Shown in pieces: positions 9,974 to 19,412 of a stretch of 64,000 nucleotides of DNA. Origin of the DNA: an uncultured bacterium (GTDB lineage Bacteria > Auribacterota > Erginobacteria > Erginobacterales > Erginobacteraceae); NCBI GenBank assembly GCA_963822585.1, contig CAWGIE010000023.1, positions 1-64,000 of the forward strand, given 5' to 3'. A program made the position numbers and the translations under genes. Within the stretch, counting starts at the first letter, position 1, and every line of letters starts with the position of its first letter. Below the pieces are notes generated by a model. It made no database searches and had not been told where the DNA came from. It saw nothing but the letters and a program-made list of their open reading frames with translations.

Positions 9974-10196
9974 CACCACGAAGGACACGAAGAACACGAA
10001 GGAAAATACCTGAAAAAGATTGGAATCAATTCGGCAAAGCAATCATGATTGGATGCCTTTGGAGGTGGAAGTTGACATAAAGGTATTTTGGTACACTTCC
10101 CTCTGTTGACATCGTCAGCGAATGTGTAGATGTATGACGGATAGATAAGGCCGTTTTTATACATATCTTCTTCGTGAACTTCGTGTCCTTCGTGGT
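9974..10196. repeat. 9-mer-periodic inverted repeat pair with ~165-bp AT-rich interior
   Basis: CACCACGAAGGACACGAAGAACACGAAGG ... CTTCGTGAACTTCGTGTCCTTCGTGGT. Confidence 0.8.
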
Positions 10197-10386
10197 TGTA
10201 ATTAGCCGTATAACCCGCACGAAACGGAAGAGAAACATAAAAAATTACTTACGGTTGCCCGGCGGGGGGACCCAGCACTTTGCCCGTAACCTCTTTTAAC
10301 CCTTGTTAACCACTTTTAACCTCTATTAACCTGCCGGCACCGAATTAGATTATGGGAATTCCTTATATAGGAATAGTACCCCGATC

Positions 10387-11115
10387 ATGAATGCGGGAAA
10401 AAAAGATAAAGTCCTGATCCTGATCCCGGTCTTCAATGAAGGGCGCTCCATCCGGCAACTGGTCGCGGAGATCCGGGGGCTCTACCCGGAGATGGACGTC
10501 CTGGTCGTTGACGACGGTTCCCGGGACCGCTCGGCGGACGAGGCTCGAGCCGGCGGGGCGAATGCCGTCAGACATACTTTCAACCTGGGGGACGGCGCCG
10601 CCCGGCAGACCGGTTTTCTTTATGCCCTCCGCCGGGGTTACGACTACGTCATCCATCTGGACGGAGACCGCCAGCATTCTCCCCGGGAGATTCCCCTCTT
10701 CCTGACCGTGCTCCGGCGGGATGAAGCCGATCTGGTTGTGGGTTCCCGGTTTCTGGGGAAATATACCTATCCGCTCCCTCTTTCCAAGAAGATCGGGATG
10801 AAGTTATTCAGCGGTATCTGCTCTCTCGTCATCCGGCGGAAGATCACCGATCCCACTTCCGGCTTCCGGGGACTCAATCGCCGGGCCATGAAAATATATA
10901 CCACCGGCTATTACCCACAGCACTTTCCCGACGCTGACGTTATCATCTCCTCGCATTTCCGGGGGTTGCGGATCAGGGAGATCCCGGTCACGGTGGCGGC
11001 AACCCAGTCAAGCAGTCTCCATCGGGGGGGGACCATCTTTTATTATGTTTATAAGATGTTGCTGTCCACCTTCGTCTCCAGCTTGCGGTTCAAACGGGAC
11101 AAGCCAAACACATGA
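10387..11115 (+). CDS. glycosyltransferase family 2 (DPM1-like polyprenol-phosphate sugar transferase)
   Basis: IPVFNE, VVDDGSRD, DGDRQH, VVGSRF and DPTSGFRG motifs. Confidence 0.92.
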   Translation: MNAGKKDKVLILIPVFNEGRSIRQLVAEIRGLYPEMDVLVVDDGSRDRSADEARAGGANAVRHTFNLGDGAARQTGFLYALRRGYDYVIHLDGDRQHSPREIPLFLTVLRRDEADLVVGSRFLGKYTYPLPLSKKIGMKLFSGICSLVIRRKITDPTSGFRGLNRRAMKIYTTGYYPQHFPDADVIISSHFRGLRIREIPVTVAATQSSSLHRGGTIFYYVYKMLLSTFVSSLRFKRDKPNT

Positions 11116-11179
11116 TCCGGTTCATATGTAAATCGGGTTAATTTTAAACAATGATTACCTCGGAATAAAGGAGCCGCGT

Positions 11180-11548
11180 ATGCTGCTGAAACAGAAGATA
11201 CTGGCCGTGGGGATGGCCGTCGCGCTGCTGATATTCATCATCGAGACCGTGCGGCGAAGAAAACTCCGGGAAGAATATGCCTGGTTATGGGTACTGATCG
11301 GGGTCATCATCCTGGTTCTCTCCCTCTGGCAGAACCTGCTCCGGACCATCACCGGGCTTCTGGGGATCGAGCTGCCAATCAACACCGTCTTTTTCTTTGG
11401 CCTGATGTTCGTGGTCTTCATCAATCTCCACTTCTCGGTCAAGATCTCCCAGCTCACCAACCAGGTCAAGCGCCTGACCCAGGAACTGGCGATCCGGAAG
11501 AACGAGGAGAGGGGAGAAAATGACGAAACCCGAATGACGAAGGAATGA
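11180..11548 (+). CDS. DUF2304-family membrane protein
   Basis: VRRRKLREEYAWLW, LLGIELPIN and ISQLTNQVKRLTQELA; follows a DPM1-like GT2 as is typical. Confidence 0.88.
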   Translation: MLLKQKILAVGMAVALLIFIIETVRRRKLREEYAWLWVLIGVIILVLSLWQNLLRTITGLLGIELPINTVFFFGLMFVVFINLHFSVKISQLTNQVKRLTQELAIRKNEERGENDETRMTKE

Positions 11549-11792
11549 CGAAATCCGAATGAAGAATAACGAAGGAATGACGAATGAATTCCTTAATAAT
11601 GAACATCGAACAGGGAAAAAGTGCCTAATGTTCTCAGCCAGAGGCTGATCCGCCTCCGGCGGAGAAGTGCCTAAAGTTAAGGCCAGGCCCCTGAGAAAAC
11701 ACGAACGTTCAACGCTCAACTTTCAAGTCCAACGTTCAATATGAGGCGGGGGGAGGAAAAACCGAACAGCGAACGTCGAACGTCCAACTTCG

Positions 11793-11869
11793 AACGTCGA
11801 ACATAATTTTCGTATAGCAACGTTCAATCATATTCAATCACATTCAATCGTCTGTTAAAAAAGGGGGCG
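11793..11869. repeat. dispersed 77-bp repeat (TTCAATCACATTCAATCGTCTGTT..AAAGGGG family)
   Basis: 70/77 identical to the reverse complement of 36758-36834; shorter copies at ~11947, ~35410, 53835 and 54473. Confidence 0.85.
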
Positions 11870-11908
11870 AAGCGGGGGGATAATCCGCTTAATCCACCTA
11901 ATCCGCGG

Positions 11909-12892
11909 TTGAATAAAGGGGCCGCGGCGGGGGGCATAAACATTTCCAATCACATTCAATCGTCTGTTTTAACGGGGCCGGGGGAAGGGCCGAAAGTCGC
12001 CATCGTCATCGTCTCCTGGAACGGGAGAAACGACCTCCTGGAATGCCTGGCTTCCGTCTCGCGGCTCCAGCCCCCCCCCTCATCCGTCATCGTGGTCGAT
12101 AACGGGTCCACCGACGGGACCGAGGAGGCTGTGGCGAAATATTATCCCCGAGCAGCCGTTCTCCGTTTAGAGAAGAACCTCGGTTTCGCCGGAGGGAACA
12201 ACCGGGGGATCGAAAAAGCGCTCGCGGAAGGGGCCGAATACATCTGCCTCCTCAATAACGACACGGTAGTCGACCCGGATTTTCTCCTCGAACTCCTCCG
12301 GACAGCCGGGCACCGGCCCCGGGCCGGCATATTCGGGTCCCGGATACTTTACTATTCCCATCCGGAAACGGTCTGGAGCCAGGGGATCGCCGTTCACCGG
12401 CTGACCGGGAGAATCTATACCCCCTTCCATAATCGGAGGGCGGACGAGCTGCGGGACGAAAACGCCGACGACGACGCCGTCAGCGGGGCCGCCATGCTCC
12501 TGAAGGCGGAGACGCTCCGGGCGGTCGGCGGCTTCAACGAGGAATACTTCCTCTGCTTCGAAGATGTCAACCTCTGCCTCCGCGCCCGGCGGCGGGGATA
12601 TCAGGTCGTCACCGTTCCCGCTTCCCGGGTACGGCACAAGGTCAGCGGATCCATGGGCGGAGAATATTCTCCCACGGTCGTTTATTATTCGACCCGGAAC
12701 CATCTCCTGGCGATCAACCGGGAGTGCCCGGTCAGTGTATTCTGGCGGGGAACGCGCAACTTCCTGATCGTTCTTTACACCCTTCTATTCGCCGGCCTGG
12801 CGGCCGGTCCGCCCCGGGGACCGAAACTCCGGGCCTGGCGGCGGGGACTAGCGGATTACTTCCGGGGGCGTTTCGGGGAGTGGACCGGATAG
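11909..12892 (+). CDS. glycosyltransferase family 2 (GT_2_like_c / WbbL-like)
   Basis: VIVSWNG, VVDNGSTD, NLGFAGGNN, LLNNDT, GAAML and FEDVNLCLR; start uncertain (TTG within repeat DNA). Confidence 0.9.
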   Translation: MNKGAAAGGINISNHIQSSVLTGPGEGPKVAIVIVSWNGRNDLLECLASVSRLQPPPSSVIVVDNGSTDGTEEAVAKYYPRAAVLRLEKNLGFAGGNNRGIEKALAEGAEYICLLNNDTVVDPDFLLELLRTAGHRPRAGIFGSRILYYSHPETVWSQGIAVHRLTGRIYTPFHNRRADELRDENADDDAVSGAAMLLKAETLRAVGGFNEEYFLCFEDVNLCLRARRRGYQVVTVPASRVRHKVSGSMGGEYSPTVVYYSTRNHLLAINRECPVSVFWRGTRNFLIVLYTLLFAGLAAGPPRGPKLRAWRRGLADYFRGRFGEWTG

Positions 12893-12968
12893 ACTTGCGG
12901 TGCCAGTGCGGTTATTATATAGTTTCCCCTCCTCGAAAACCCTTTCTTAAAAATATAAAACCGGATAT

Positions 12969-13060
12969 CACCACGAAGAACACGAAGGTCACGAAGGATA
13001 AAAAATGAGTAAAATCTTATGTACTATGCCTTTTTTCTTGTACTTCGTGATCTTCGTGAT
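12969..13060. repeat. 9-mer-periodic inverted repeat pair
   Basis: CACCACGAAGAACACGAAGGTCACGAAGG ... TACTTCGTGATCTTCGTGAT. Confidence 0.75.
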
Positions 13061-13081
13061 TTATCCGATAAATGAATACTG

Positions 13082-14749
13082 ATGAAACTTATTTACATCC
13101 TTCTCATCGCTTTCGTCTGTTACAGCCTGCTCTTCTTCTACAGCGACGAGGTCATCTCGCCGGACGACCTGGTGTATGACTTTTTTTCCTCCCACCTGGC
13201 CGCGACCGGGCAGCTTGGTTACCGGCCGCCGGGGGACGACATTTTCTGCCAGGAGGGTTTTACCCCCCGCTACTTCGTCTACCAAAAAAACGGGGAAACC
13301 TACCCCCGTAAATTCCCCGGTTTCATTATTTTCTGGGCGGCGCTGAAAAGTTTTCTCCCCTATCAGGCGACCCGGCTGGTCAATCCTCTCTGCGCCGTCG
13401 TCTCCCTTCTCCTCCTCTACCTGATCGGGAAACTGATCTTCCCGATCATGAACACCCCTCTCCGGGCGGTTATCCTTCTGGCCACCACCCCGGTCTTCAT
13501 TCGCCGGGCGTATGCGTATAACGCCACCCTCTTCAACCTGGCGGTCTTCCTGGCGGCGCTCTACTTCCTGCTCCGGGCGCTCCTGTACCGGCGGGCATGG
13601 TCCTACATTCTTTTCGGCCTCTTCGCCGGAGCCCTGATCTGGATCCGTCCCACCAATGCCGTCTATCTGTTTTCTTTCTTCATCCTGATCCTGATCGAGC
13701 GGAAACGCGTTTCCTGGCGGTTCCTGGCAACCGCGGTCATCCTGATCGCGCTCTTCGGCGGCGGGTTGCTTTGCTATAATAAAATCGTCTACGGCAGTTA
13801 TTTTAATTTGAGCTACACCGCGACCCTCATTCCGAATGAGACATCAGTCACCGAGAAGGTCCCGCTCAGCATCCGCAGGATTATCGATTACCTCAACTTC
13901 CATCCCCAGATCTGGCTCCTTCACGTCAAAAACCTGCCCCTCTCCTTTTCCATCGCCTTTCCGCTTCTGGTCCTGGCCCTGCTGGGCTTCTTCCTCCCCC
14001 GGCTCGGCAAGCCGGAAGAAGGCGACGCGGAGAACGGCGATGTGCCGGAAGATATCGAGGACGAGAACGGCCCGGAGGATGAAACCTATCGACCCATCAG
14101 GTTCAACCTTTATTATTTCTTTCTCTTCCTGATCTCGGTCGGTTTTTTCTCCAACTTCGCCACTTTTGGGCACGAGGAAGGGGAGTTCACGCTCCATTCC
14201 TCGTTTCTACGCTACCTGACGCCAACCATCTGCCTGCTGCCGCTCTTCGCGGCCCGTCTCCTCCAGCGTCTGGTCTTTCCGGGGGGACGGCTGCTCACCG
14301 TTCTGGCCGGTTTCAACCTCTTCATCGCCCTGGCCGGTCCCGGGGGCACGATCGAAACGGTCATGCAGAGCCGGTACTACCGGGAATGCCGGAAATTCCT
14401 CCTCGATCAGACCGACCAACGCACGGTTTTCTTTACCTACTACTGGGACAAACTGGTCTTTCCCGAGAGAATGGTTTATACACTCGGGACCCAGTTCCCT
14501 GCCGACACGATCGGAGAGATCATTCGCCGGGTCGAGGGGAAGGGATACCGGATCGCCTACCCGGCCAGCCTGACCGATCCCCTGATCGCAGAGTTCATCT
14601 CCCGGAACTACCTGACGGAGGAGGTCAGCGGGCCGGTAGATCTCTCGCCTCTGAGCCGTCTGGGGACTAAATTCATCCCCGGTCATCTCTACCCGCTTAA
14701 GCTCTACACTGTCGTCGGGAGAAAACAAGGAGTAATCAGTAACCAGTGA
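13082..14749 (+). CDS. GT-C fold (PMT/ArnT-like) integral membrane glycosyltransferase
   Basis: Acidic PDD motif after TM1, many TM helices, IRP and LRYL.P motifs; lies in a GT operon. Confidence 0.7.
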   Translation: MKLIYILLIAFVCYSLLFFYSDEVISPDDLVYDFFSSHLAATGQLGYRPPGDDIFCQEGFTPRYFVYQKNGETYPRKFPGFIIFWAALKSFLPYQATRLVNPLCAVVSLLLLYLIGKLIFPIMNTPLRAVILLATTPVFIRRAYAYNATLFNLAVFLAALYFLLRALLYRRAWSYILFGLFAGALIWIRPTNAVYLFSFFILILIERKRVSWRFLATAVILIALFGGGLLCYNKIVYGSYFNLSYTATLIPNETSVTEKVPLSIRRIIDYLNFHPQIWLLHVKNLPLSFSIAFPLLVLALLGFFLPRLGKPEEGDAENGDVPEDIEDENGPEDETYRPIRFNLYYFFLFLISVGFFSNFATFGHEEGEFTLHSSFLRYLTPTICLLPLFAARLLQRLVFPGGRLLTVLAGFNLFIALAGPGGTIETVMQSRYYRECRKFLLDQTDQRTVFFTYYWDKLVFPERMVYTLGTQFPADTIGEIIRRVEGKGYRIAYPASLTDPLIAEFISRNYLTEEVSGPVDLSPLSRLGTKFIPGHLYPLKLYTVVGRKQGVISNQ

Positions 14750-14839
14750 TCAGTAATCAGTAATCGGTGATCGTGATCGGTGATTACCGGGTTGCTCCGT
14801 TACTGATTACTGATAACCGATTACTGATTACGGATTACC
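14731..14839. repeat. 7-mer-periodic inverted repeat (GTAATCA / TGATTAC)
   Basis: AGTAATCAGTAACCAGTGATCAGTAATC... versus TTACTGATTACTGATAACCGATTAC. Confidence 0.85.
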
Positions 14840-14893
14840 GTGGAGATAATGTTTATCGAGCTTTGATTACTATTCTTTACATAACTATTTAAT

Positions 14894-15988
14894 ATGCTCC
14901 TCTACATCACCAGAAAAAACGCTCCCTCGATCGGGGGAATGCAGCGCTTCAATCAGAAACTGATCGAGCACCTGGGGAAAGTCCGCCCGATCCGGGTCAT
15001 CTCCTGGGGCCGCTCTCAGGCGCTGATGCCCTTTTTTCTCCTCTACGCTTTCTGCCGGGCCGTCTGCCTCCGGCTGGGCGGCAAGATCGATCTCATCTAC
15101 CTCTCCGACGGCCTGATGAGCCCGATGGGGTGGGTCTTGAAAAAGCTCCTCCGGGTCCCGGTAGCGGTCAACATCCATGGACGCGACATCGCCTTCGCCT
15201 TCCCCGGCTATCTGACGGTCGTCCCGGCGGCCCTGAGAAAGATGGACCGGGTGATCTGCGTGAGTTCTCAGCTGAAGGAGATCTGCCGCGGCTACGGTGT
15301 CCCGGAAGGCATCCTGCGGGTCATCCCCAACGGCGTGAACGCGGATGACTTCACCTGGACGGAGGCCGTTTCCCCGGCGGAGAAGCTGGGAATCGATACC
15401 CGCGGGCGTTGCGTCCTGATCACGGTCGGACGGTTGGTTCCCAAAAAGGGGGTGGATCGTTTCGTGAAAGAGATCCTCCCCAGGGTGGCGGAAAAGGAGC
15501 CGAACGTCCTCTACCTGGTTGTCGGGGACGGCCCGCTCCGGGAGACGATCGAGAACACCGTCCGGGAAAAAGGGCTGGAAGAGAACGTCCGGTTGATGGG
15601 CGACGTCCCCATGGACGACGGGAGTTTGAAGGCCCTCTACTGCTGCGCCGACGTCTTCGTCATGCCCAACGTCGAGGTCCCGGGGGACATCGAGGGGTTC
15701 GGGATCGTCGCCATCGAGGGAGGGGCGGCCGGGCTGCCCGTGGTCGCCTCCCGCCTCCAGGGGATCCAGGAGGCGGTGACCCCCGGCGAGAACGGCATCC
15801 TGCTCGAATGGGACGACACCCGGGCTTTCGTCGAAACCATGCTCGATCTGATCGGGAACCCGGAGAAGCGGACGGATCTGGGTAAACGGGGGAAACGTTT
15901 CGTGGTCGAGAACTTCGGCTGGGACCGGATCGCGCGCCGATACTCCGAGGTCTTCGCGGAACTGGAGAGGAAGACCGGTGATCGGTAA
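14894..15988 (+). CDS. glycosyltransferase family 4
   Basis: GGMQR, HGRD, VIPNGV, VGRLVPKKG and EGFGIVAIEGGAAGLPVV motifs. Confidence 0.93.
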   Translation: MLLYITRKNAPSIGGMQRFNQKLIEHLGKVRPIRVISWGRSQALMPFFLLYAFCRAVCLRLGGKIDLIYLSDGLMSPMGWVLKKLLRVPVAVNIHGRDIAFAFPGYLTVVPAALRKMDRVICVSSQLKEICRGYGVPEGILRVIPNGVNADDFTWTEAVSPAEKLGIDTRGRCVLITVGRLVPKKGVDRFVKEILPRVAEKEPNVLYLVVGDGPLRETIENTVREKGLEENVRLMGDVPMDDGSLKALYCCADVFVMPNVEVPGDIEGFGIVAIEGGAAGLPVVASRLQGIQEAVTPGENGILLEWDDTRAFVETMLDLIGNPEKRTDLGKRGKRFVVENFGWDRIARRYSEVFAELERKTGDR

Positions 15989-16062
15989 TCGGTGATCAGT
16001 AATCGGTATCGCTCCGGCGAAGCACTGATTACTGATTACCGATTACTGATTACTGGTTACTG
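15976..16062. repeat. 7-mer-periodic inverted repeat (GTAATCA family)
   Basis: CGGTGATCGGTAATCGGTGATCAGTAATC ... CTGATTACTGATTACCGATTACTGATTAC between convergent genes. Confidence 0.85.
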
Positions 16063-16066
16063 CCCC

Positions 16067-18946
16067 TTATCTCGTCACCGGCACGTCGCCCGGTGCGCCG
16101 AAGTAAATCCTATTCGCTCCCCGGACCGCCCAGAGGCCGCTGGCGGGGCGGAAAATCCCGATGGTGTCGAGGCGGTTCCCGCGGTAGTCGGCCGGGCGGG
16201 GGTCGTCGGCGGAAGAACCGAAATAGGCGCGGGTCACGCCCCGGATCGCCCAGAGGCCGGAAGCGGAACGGAAGACACCCACACCCCAGGTCCCATCGCC
16301 TTCATAGTCGCCGGGGACGGGCCGGTCGCTCGCGGACCCGAAATAGATCCGGCCGACTGACCGCAACGCCCAGAGACCGCTGCTGGCCCGGAAGAGGGCG
16401 ATCTGCCGGCTGCTGGTCCCGGCGTAATAGCCGGGGACCGGGGTGTCGCCCGAGGTCCCGAAATAGACCCGGGTCAAGCCCCGGACAGCCCAGAGCCCCG
16501 CGCTTTCCCGGAAGATGCCGATATCGCACCTACCGTCCCCGTCATAGTCCCCGGGGACGGGGACGTCGGCGCCGGCGCCGAAGTACACCCGGACGAACCC
16601 CCGGATCGCCCAGAGCCCCCCGTTCTCCCGGAAAACTCCGATCTCGGTCGTCCCGTCGCCGTTGTAATCGCCGGGGACCGGTTCGTCGAACGCCCCTCCG
16701 AAATAGACCCGCGTCACCCCCCGGACCGCCCAGAGGCCGGCATCTTCCCGGAAGACGGCGATGTCCGAGGTCCCGTCTCCGTTATAGTCGGTAATCCAGG
16801 GGAGGCGCGACGGCGGGGCGGGGGTCGTTCCCGGGACGGGTGTCGGGCCGGAGGGAACGCCCCAGATCTCGATATCGTCGATGTTCCAGCCGGAGGCGTA
16901 CACATCCTGGTCGGTCGGCCCCATCCCCCACCGCAGGAAGACCGAGGACCGCCCGTCGGCGACGGAAGAGATGTCATAGGCCGCCGGGGTCCAGGCGGAA
17001 TCGGTCGTCCACAGGTCGTTGGGGTTTTCCCAGATCGGGTTCCAGGTCACGCCGTCGGCCGAGACCTGAACCAAGGCATGGTCGTACGCGCGCCGCTCCA
17101 CGTTCAGCCACCGCCAAAACTTGAGGCGGGTCTTGACCAGGTCCGAGCAGTCGATCGCGGTCGTGGTCAGCCAGTATGTCCGGGCCATGTTGTTGGTGTA
17201 ATCGCCCTTCAGGTTATAACCGTACACGTTCGGCCCGGTATGCCCGGAGGTCGGGTCGGGGTTGGCCCATTCGGTCGCTCCCTGGCCGGTGGGAACCCCG
17301 AAGGCCCAGTCCGACTCCGCGGTCCAGCCCGGATCGCTGTTCAACGGGAAGGAGTAGATGAGGACCGGTTCTCCCGGGGTCGGGGTGGGGACCGGGGTGG
17401 GGGTGACCGAAGAGGTGGGGGTCACCGACGGGGTCGGCGGCCGGGACGGGGTCGGCGAGGCGGTCGGGACCGGACTGATAGTGGGGCTGGCCGTGGGGGG
17501 AGGGCTGGCGGTCGGAACCGGGGAGACGGTCGGGGACGGCGGCGGCGGCGGCGTCCGCGTCGGCTTGGCGGACGGGGTGGGGATCGGGCTTATCGTCGGG
17601 GTGGGGGTCGGGGTTCCGGGGACGATCGGGACCCCCCAGACCTCGATATCGTCGATGTTCCATCCGGAGTAGACGTTGATGGAGTCGGTCGGGCCCATCC
17701 CCCAGCGGATCAAGACATTCGGCTGCCGGGCGGCAATCGCCAGGGCATAGGTATAGCGAGTCCAGCTGGAATCCGTTGTGGCGGGCGGCTCCCAGAGGTT
17801 TTCCCAGACCTTCTGCCAGGCCACGCCGTCGCTGGAAACCTGGATATAGGCCTTATCGCGCTCACGGCGTTCCACGTTCAGCCAGCGCCAGAAGTAGAGG
17901 GTGATGTTTTGATGGTTGGAGCAGTCGACGGCGGTGGTGGTCAGATAATAGGTCTCGGGCATCTTATTGGGATAATTGCCGTTCAGATTATATCCGTAGA
18001 CGTTGCTCCCCGTATGGCCGGAGGTGGGATCGGGGTTGCCGTCGGCGCCGCCCACCGGGGTGGGGGGCGGTGTGATACTTCCGCCGTGCCCGGTGGGCAC
18101 CCCGTAGGCCCAGTCCGATTCGGTCGCCCAGCCCGGATTGCTGCTGAGGTTCTCGGAGTAGATCAGCATCGGGAGCGGCGGCGTGGCGGTGGGCGGCGGC
18201 GTCGCCGTCGGGACCGGCGTCGGGGTTCGGGTCGGGGAGGCGGTCGGCGTCCGGGAGGGGGTGGGGGTGACCGACGGAGTGGGACTGACTGTCGGCGTCG
18301 GTGTCGCGGTCGGGATCATGCTCGGCGTGGGGGACGCGGTCGGAGTGAGCGTGGGTGTCGCCGTGGGCGTGGCGGTGATGGTGGGGGTAGGCGTGGTCGG
18401 CGGATCGGTGGTCAGTTCCAGGCTGTGTGTCCATTGATGAACGCCATCGTCCACCACCCAGTCATATGTCGCCATCTGGTACCCGTTTTCGTGCCAGGGG
18501 TCCATGTAGTAGATGAAGCTCCCACTATACCCGCGGCCGGCCAGGAAATGGCCGCCCCCGCTGTACCAGCCCCACCGGATCACGAACGGCTGGCGGGCGT
18601 TAATCCGTGCTTCAACCTGAGCCAGGCTCATCGTGTACTGCCCGGAGTTGCTGGTGAACCCCCAGTGTAAGAGGATCCTGTCGATTCCCTGGCGGTAATA
18701 TGGGACCTCGGTGTCGGAACCGTACAGCCAATTCCACGTGTTGTAACCGTTTGTCCCGAAGTCCGCGATCTCCGACTGGGTGGCGAACTCCCCGTAATAA
18801 TTCATGATCGCCTCGGAGACCCCGGCCCAGCACCACTGGTCCAGGGCCTGGGTCTTTTCCGGAACATCGAGAACCAGGGCGGAAGCGGGAACAGCCGGCA
18901 GGAGCAATCCCAGGGAGATAACGAAGGCAATGAAAGCACGTTTCAT
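16067..18946 (-). CDS. secreted papain-fold (C39/C70-like) cysteine peptidase with Pro/Thr linkers, two beta-sandwich repeats and six C-terminal FG-GAP-like repeats
   Basis: Signal peptide from ATG 18946; Q..QWCWA (Cys), GGHF (His), MDPW (Asp); duplicated NPDPTSGHTG..VYGYNL...SGWNIDDIE domain; 6 x 40-aa DYNGDG...GLWA.RG..R.YFG repeats. Confidence 0.8.
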   Translation of the reverse strand: MKRAFIAFVISLGLLLPAVPASALVLDVPEKTQALDQWCWAGVSEAIMNYYGEFATQSEIADFGTNGYNTWNWLYGSDTEVPYYRQGIDRILLHWGFTSNSGQYTMSLAQVEARINARQPFVIRWGWYSGGGHFLAGRGYSGSFIYYMDPWHENGYQMATYDWVVDDGVHQWTHSLELTTDPPTTPTPTITATPTATPTLTPTASPTPSMIPTATPTPTVSPTPSVTPTPSRTPTASPTRTPTPVPTATPPPTATPPLPMLIYSENLSSNPGWATESDWAYGVPTGHGGSITPPPTPVGGADGNPDPTSGHTGSNVYGYNLNGNYPNKMPETYYLTTTAVDCSNHQNITLYFWRWLNVERRERDKAYIQVSSDGVAWQKVWENLWEPPATTDSSWTRYTYALAIAARQPNVLIRWGMGPTDSINVYSGWNIDDIEVWGVPIVPGTPTPTPTISPIPTPSAKPTRTPPPPPSPTVSPVPTASPPPTASPTISPVPTASPTPSRPPTPSVTPTSSVTPTPVPTPTPGEPVLIYSFPLNSDPGWTAESDWAFGVPTGQGATEWANPDPTSGHTGPNVYGYNLKGDYTNNMARTYWLTTTAIDCSDLVKTRLKFWRWLNVERRAYDHALVQVSADGVTWNPIWENPNDLWTTDSAWTPAAYDISSVADGRSSVFLRWGMGPTDQDVYASGWNIDDIEIWGVPSGPTPVPGTTPAPPSRLPWITDYNGDGTSDIAVFREDAGLWAVRGVTRVYFGGAFDEPVPGDYNGDGTTEIGVFRENGGLWAIRGFVRVYFGAGADVPVPGDYDGDGRCDIGIFRESAGLWAVRGLTRVYFGTSGDTPVPGYYAGTSSRQIALFRASSGLWALRSVGRIYFGSASDRPVPGDYEGDGTWGVGVFRSASGLWAIRGVTRAYFGSSADDPRPADYRGNRLDTIGIFRPASGLWAVRGANRIYFGAPGDVPVTR

Positions 18947-19049
18947 GGCAAGAACTTGGCGCTTCGCTCTAACTTTAGGTAGCCGCACCCTTTAGGGTGC
19001 GCAATATAACGCCCCGCCTAATACGGGGCGGCTACCATTTGGACAACAT

Positions 19050-19123
19050 TTATTGTCCCGATACATTATTCAAATTAATAGATAATCGGGATCCCGATGG
19101 CTATCGGGAAATTTCCGAAACAG
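19050..19123 (+). repeat. 74-bp direct repeat, copy 1 (double hairpin)
   Basis: TTATTGTCCCGATACATTATTCAAAT..ATAGATAATCGGGATCCCGATGGCTATCGGG..A; recurs at 21378-21451. Confidence 0.85.
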
Positions 19124-19412
19124 CCCCGATAAATCGGAATGCAAACACGGGTCAGCACTTTCGGCGTAAACTCGTGGTGCAGGGCTTTTCGAAGACCCTG
19201 AGCTTGTCGAAGGGAGCCCTGCTTCGGCCGGCACCCGATTAAGATCGGGGCATTACGAGCATTCATGAGTCCCAAAATACTATTTTAACATACACCCATT
19301 TTCCCTGAAGAGCAAGTGGGCACCGGGGCCGGGGATCTCCTCTCTACTTTCCACTGATAGCGCCCTGTTCTTTCTCTTGATAAGACGGCCGATATGGTGC
19401 ATAGTGATCGTT

